Of a stretch of 64,000 bases of DNA, positions 59,078 to 64,000 are shown one piece after another. Under the pieces are notes generated by a model that did not search any database, was not told the origin of the DNA, and saw only the letters and a program-made list of their open reading frames with translations. The DNA comes from Marsupella aquatica. Lineage: Eukaryota > Plantae > Marchantiophyta. Each line of letters starts with the position of its first letter. The stretch's first letter is position 1. The stretch is from contig OZ316894.1 in assembly GCA_973895155.1 (NCBI GenBank), positions 19,134,805-19,198,804 on the forward strand, in the 5' to 3' direction. The position numbers were made by a program, and so were the translations under genes.

Positions 59078-60719
59078 CCGATTATACAAGAGTTGCGTAC
59101 CTGGGCGTTGTGTCAATTACATCAGCTTTCTTTTTTTCTTGGGAAGAACCAGATGAATTCCATTCAAATAGCCAACATAAAAAAAGGAGGGCTCACAAAG
59201 GCACCAACCCATGGGACCAGAGTTTGACGTGCTAACACCGTTGAGGCCAGAACCAAGGAAGAAGTTGGGTCCCCAAAACGGAACTCTAAACAATGAATTT
59301 AGATACTACAGCTGGAGCAAGCATCAAACTCCTATTCAAGACCGACCAATTATCAGGTTCCAGTGGGGTTTATGTCAGTGGGTCCATGATAGATCAATGA
59401 CTCTATCATTCTGTGGTAAGTGTAATCACATAGAATGTATGTGATTATGCTTAAAAACACCAAAGTTTGTTCCCGGTAGGATTAAGGAAAGCGATTTATT
59501 CCAATTTTATGTGATTTGAAATCCTAAAGCGATTTCTTCAGTGTTTTGGTAACACAGAATCCTGAAATGATTTTTATCATGTCACAAATCCTACAATGAA
59601 TTTCCTTAGGCTCTCCTTCTCAATAGATAAATATGTTTTCTCTTCTCTCCAACTTCCTTATACACCAATGGTGATCGGTTTTATGTTGTAAGAGTCAATA
59701 CATGCAATTCCCTCATTTACTATATTTCAAATACTTGCCTTATTCATTCATTCAATTCAATTCAATTCTCCATCTCTAATTCATACATCAAAAACTTGAA
59801 TACTTAGATGGGTGCATGAAATGCTTGAATTCAATCTAGATGATGGTGCAATTCTCCTTCATCAGATTCTCTCTCCTAAACCCAATTTGGCATGAGGGAA
59901 AGACCCACAAATTGGTCACAAATCAATTCAGAATAAAAGACATAAGTATTTTGCTTGGGAGTTCAAGTATAGGCTCCCTCATAACCTGGGAGAAACCAAA
60001 GGGTTTTCTTCTAAGGTGAGTCAGAAACATATAATTCATATCCAAAAGGAATTCTAGACTCTAAGAGACAAGGTAAGGTTAAGATCCTTACAAATCTAAA
60101 TCTAAACCCCTAAAGTCACAAGTGGTGTCACTCTAAATCTAATCCTAAGTAGTTAAAACAAAGCTCAAACAGGAAAGTAACAAGAGGTAAAACGATTTAT
60201 GAGTCAAGTACCAAAATATCCTGAAGAATTGGTTTGAGATATTTTCAACTTCTTTGTTTTAGTCGGCTCCAAAATTCTTCATGTAGCCCTTGCCAATAGC
60301 TTCCAACAAGCCTAAAAGCTCATTCATCTGACATCAGGCCAATTCACAATGGTCATTCAAAGTTGCCGCAGAAAACACAAAGTGATTCTTCAATTCCAAA
60401 ACGATATTTTGCTGAAAGCAATTGTTCTGTCAAAACTCAAACTTCTTCAACTTCTTGGACCAGAACTTTCTCTCGAACTTTCTTTTAAAGGTCACAACAT
60501 GTTCAGGGATGGCTGATTTCTTTGAATTAGCTCCACATGATGTTAAAAAGTTTATCAAGTTTACCACATATCTCCATATTGCCATTCCACAGTATTAGTC
60601 AATCTGTAGTGTGACTTCCAAACCTGAGCATGGAAGAACATTCACGATGGTCGTGGAGGAACTGGTGGGACTTGAAGGGTTTCTTCATGGATCACCCAGG
60701 CAATGGCCAGCCCAAGTAT

Positions 60720-62800
60720 TGTAGTTGAAGGACATCTTGTTGTGGGCTTCAACTAGCGCGGTCTTGCCGCCCAAATATGTATTTTGAGTCGTGCCCTATC
60801 TCTACGTAAATATATTTTGAGCTTATGCCAAGATTTCTGTATGCATGACTCCTTGTGGATGAGGCTTTGTGCATGAACATGCATTCCTGCCTTCCATATC
60901 TTCCAGCATACTAAAGCCCTGAGCGTATTCCAAAGGTACATTGGGATGTCCCATTCCTCTAGTAGAGACCTCGGGGGGTTACTATATGAAGGGTCATACA
61001 TCACATGCGACGGTTTGGGTCATTTATGACCCCCCTAAATCACTTTCTATAAAGTTGTATGACACCAATCATGTGATGACACGTATGCATTTTGCAATTA
61101 AACAACCCTATGTTTCCGTTGAAGACTTAATAAGTCTTCCGCCAAAACTAATTAAATGGCCCTATACTTTGTCGCACGTGATATGCCACTTCCATGGAAG
61201 TGACCCCCCCCCCCCCCGAGGTAGAGACTGACCGACGAAGACGTGTGCTGGTTGTAGCTGGATGAAGTTCCCTCTAGAGAATGCACAGAGTTGTAGCACA
61301 TAATGCACTCACTTCTAGATGACCTGTGACTGATTGCAGTTCCAGATATCTTCCTGTTAGTTAGTGCTGCATCTGGTACACCAGGTGGTAGGATCAGTTG
61401 GGTGGTAGCCGTGGAAATTGCCAATGCTATGTTGCAGGTATCCTCTAGATCAATTGCCACAAGTAACAAATTTTGCTGGCCGCACAAAAAGGTAGCCATG
61501 TGTCAGCCTAGAGAGTTTGTCGGTTGGGTTGCCAATTTAATCTGATTGCACATTTGTGTACCACTTTGTGTAATAAAGTTCCTATGAGTGGTCCTTGGAT
61601 TGAGCACAAATGGGTGGTGTTAGTGTCAAGAAAAGAAAGTCCATCTTTCCATTCATGTTACAGGCAAGGGGCAAGCAATCCAGTGGGCCATCCAACTAGG
61701 CCACCCAACTCTTTCCATGAGAGTGGGAGTCTGACTGATTGTCCTTACCATTACCCTCGCCATTACCCTGTGCAGCAGGAGGTCGGCCGGTGGGGCAGCG
61801 GTCTCTGATTTGCATAGGAGTTCATTCTCCACCCTGAAAGTACGCCTGGGAGTTGAGGTGTCATTAAACCTTTGCCATTGGGTTGTGATGAAATTACTCG
61901 TACCTGGTATTCCCAGATGCACTGGGTCCCACTTGGCAAGACAACTTCTATGAAAACAGGAATTAGCTCCCTAGGTTTGCAGTGAAGTTTGGACACACTT
62001 ATGAGACTGGCGATGAGCTTGCGGTATGCATAGGAACAATTGCCTGAGTGGTAGTATGTCCTTTGGCCCATCCTCCCACTCGATGAGCTGTCCTCCCCCA
62101 TGTAGAACGTCCTTCATGGTAAGCAAGCCAACTTTCCTGATCTTCCTTTGTGTATTGCTTCAGCCCTGGCTTTGGCACTTAGCAAGGTTAGCCTAGACGT
62201 GATTTAGATTCGGTTTCCACAATGGAAGGTCTCTCCATCCCCAACATGCCCTAGGGGAGTAGGTCACAGACTTGTTTTCAGCACATTCCAGCTAGTGCAA
62301 AAATTGGTCCACACCTGAGTGGGATCTGTTCTGCGGGAGCGTGTGGCATTGCGAAAAAATCCAGGAAAAGTCCTTGTCTCCCCATTTCTACAAGGATAGT
62401 TATTTGATTTCGTGTTGAAGAGTTTGACATAGGGGGTGTTCCCCTTCAGCCAACATGCCCAAACTTTGAGGTTCCCAGCCAGTGCCCAATATTGTGCTGC
62501 CAAAGAAATAAGCCCAAAGCTAGCCCTTGAACTTTTTTGGTTTGGTGATTGTCTTACATCAGCTTTCTCCTTAGTGATTAGACTTTGCTCTTGAATCTCC
62601 GAGTCAGTGGCCCACTTGCTTTCTCCAACTCTTCCTGCTCCACTCATTTCTTTTTGTTTCCGTCTATTCTCCTCATCATGCGTTGTCTCTCTGGTTTCTC
62701 TACTTTGAGGAGCCATAATGCTCAATTTGTGCCCTTCACCTGAAGCCCTTGAAGAAATCAACCCAGCCTAAAAATCAGACATGCCACAGCGGAAACCTAT
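60720..62800 (-). mobile_element. Degenerate LINE ORF2 C-terminal region
   Basis: Minus-strand fragments in LINE order: FGLISLAAQYWALAG (post-RT GGLG-like segment), SECIMC (zf-RVT), then LWNTLRALVCWKIWK. Interrupted by a MITE at 60970. Confidence 0.65.
60970..61220. mobile_element. Related MITE (subfamily of the CTCGGGGG family), 8-bp TSD
   Basis: Ends CTCGGGGGGTTACTATATG...GTCGCACGTGATAT...TGGAAGTGACCC...CCCGAG. Perfect TSD GTAGAGAC at 60962-60969 and 61221-61228. Confidence 0.9.
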
Positions 62801-64000
62801 GGGTTTGCCATCGCCAGCGTGCCCAAGCACCTCCTAGCCCTCCTGAAACATCTCCGGCCAATAATAGTGTTCTTGCCACAATTCTTCAGCTTTCAAATTA
62901 TTAGTAAGATACCATTGCACTTGTGCAGCCAATAACTGGTTGGACTTTTAAGAATTATTTATGGAATAGGTTACTATCCAGTATAATCTCGTAGTCCCAT
63001 GAGTACTGGTTATACTGCTAGCTGTACTTGTTCAGCCAATAACAATATACAGCCTACCATGGAAAAATGCAGGGTGTATAAGTGTATTCCATTGGTAAAT
63101 GCAGGTGGGCTGTGTAGTCCCCTAATATTAGGACATTTTCTTTGTGAATGCACCATTAGTAACTGCAGGTCAACATGACTAAATGACAAATACATACGGG
63201 CATTTTCATCTATAAAGGTGCACATTAAATACTCAAACACATATGCTAGAACTATTGATAAGTGCAGTGGACAACTACACATGGTAGTTTCATGAACTTA
63301 TCCAGTTGAATTGTGAAGTATGAGCATCCCGGGTATGAAGAGCCCATGTGTATGACCTGGCAAGACACTTGGGACAATGCATAAGTGATTTCATATGCAC
63401 ATATCTGAAATTGCAACATGCACAAATCAAGAAGTGAATAAATGACACCCATACACTTATGTCATAGTGCATAGTGAGTGTGGAGGTTTGGGGTGTAGTC
63501 TTGTGAGAGTGCGTGTTAAATTTACATCAAGTTAATGCACTGAGCACACCATAACATAAACCAATGCACTATGTTTATGATACACAAACCAAGTCATTTG
63601 AATGTCAAGTTAATGCGACCCTTACACCAAAACATAAACCAATACCATTCACCAATGCACTGTAATAATGATACACAAACCCCGTGATTTAAATTCCGTG
63701 ATTTAAATTCCATGTGTCTTGATTTATGTTATGGGTGATTTGAAATACATGTGTCTTGGTTTATGGTCTCAATATATGTATTTAAGGGGCTCTCTAGGGG
63801 GCCTCTTAGGCGCCATAGACTGACTGTGTACAGTTAAGAATTATTTATGAATAAATAATTACTTTCATTCTGTACCGGATCGTGTGCCCACTCAATAAGT
63901 GACCGCGTGCATTCTTTAGCTATGAGCGTCGAGCAAGGATTCCCTAGGAAAGCTGCAGGAAAGGAGGAACAGGAAAGGAGGAAGGAATCAATCAAATCAG

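Overview
Eukaryotic nuclear DNA from a plant. It has spliceosomal GT-AG introns and a plant-specific VQ gene; a bryophyte or other non-angiosperm host is my inference and cannot be proven from the sequence. There are four host genes: a 5-exon DEAH13/DHX37-like RNA helicase (- strand, 6869-11437), a divergently oriented intronless RNA polymerase III subunit RPC3 (15869-17533), a 6-exon IAH1-like SGNH/GDSL esterase (19591-22359) and an intronless VQ-motif protein (46888-47643). The most striking feature is a Ty3/Gypsy-type retroelement (~25540-35000). Its single reading frame (27326-34450, broken only by two in-frame stops) encodes Gag with two CCHC knuckles, an aspartic protease, a complete DNMT3-like C5 cytosine methyltransferase domain, RT, RNase H, and a DDE integrase ending in a PHD finger. 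I could not find an LTR pair by eye. Instead the 5' leader holds a 6-unit repeat/variable-hairpin array flanked by palindromic motifs and an antisense copy of the repeat, and the 3' end is a CpG-rich hairpin cluster that reuses the same motifs. The rest of the window is transposon debris: four copies of an 8-bp-TSD MITE, a Tourist-like MITE, LINE remnants, a higher-order satellite with TTTAGGG motifs, and many short tandem duplications. All alignments were made by eye; no searches were run.
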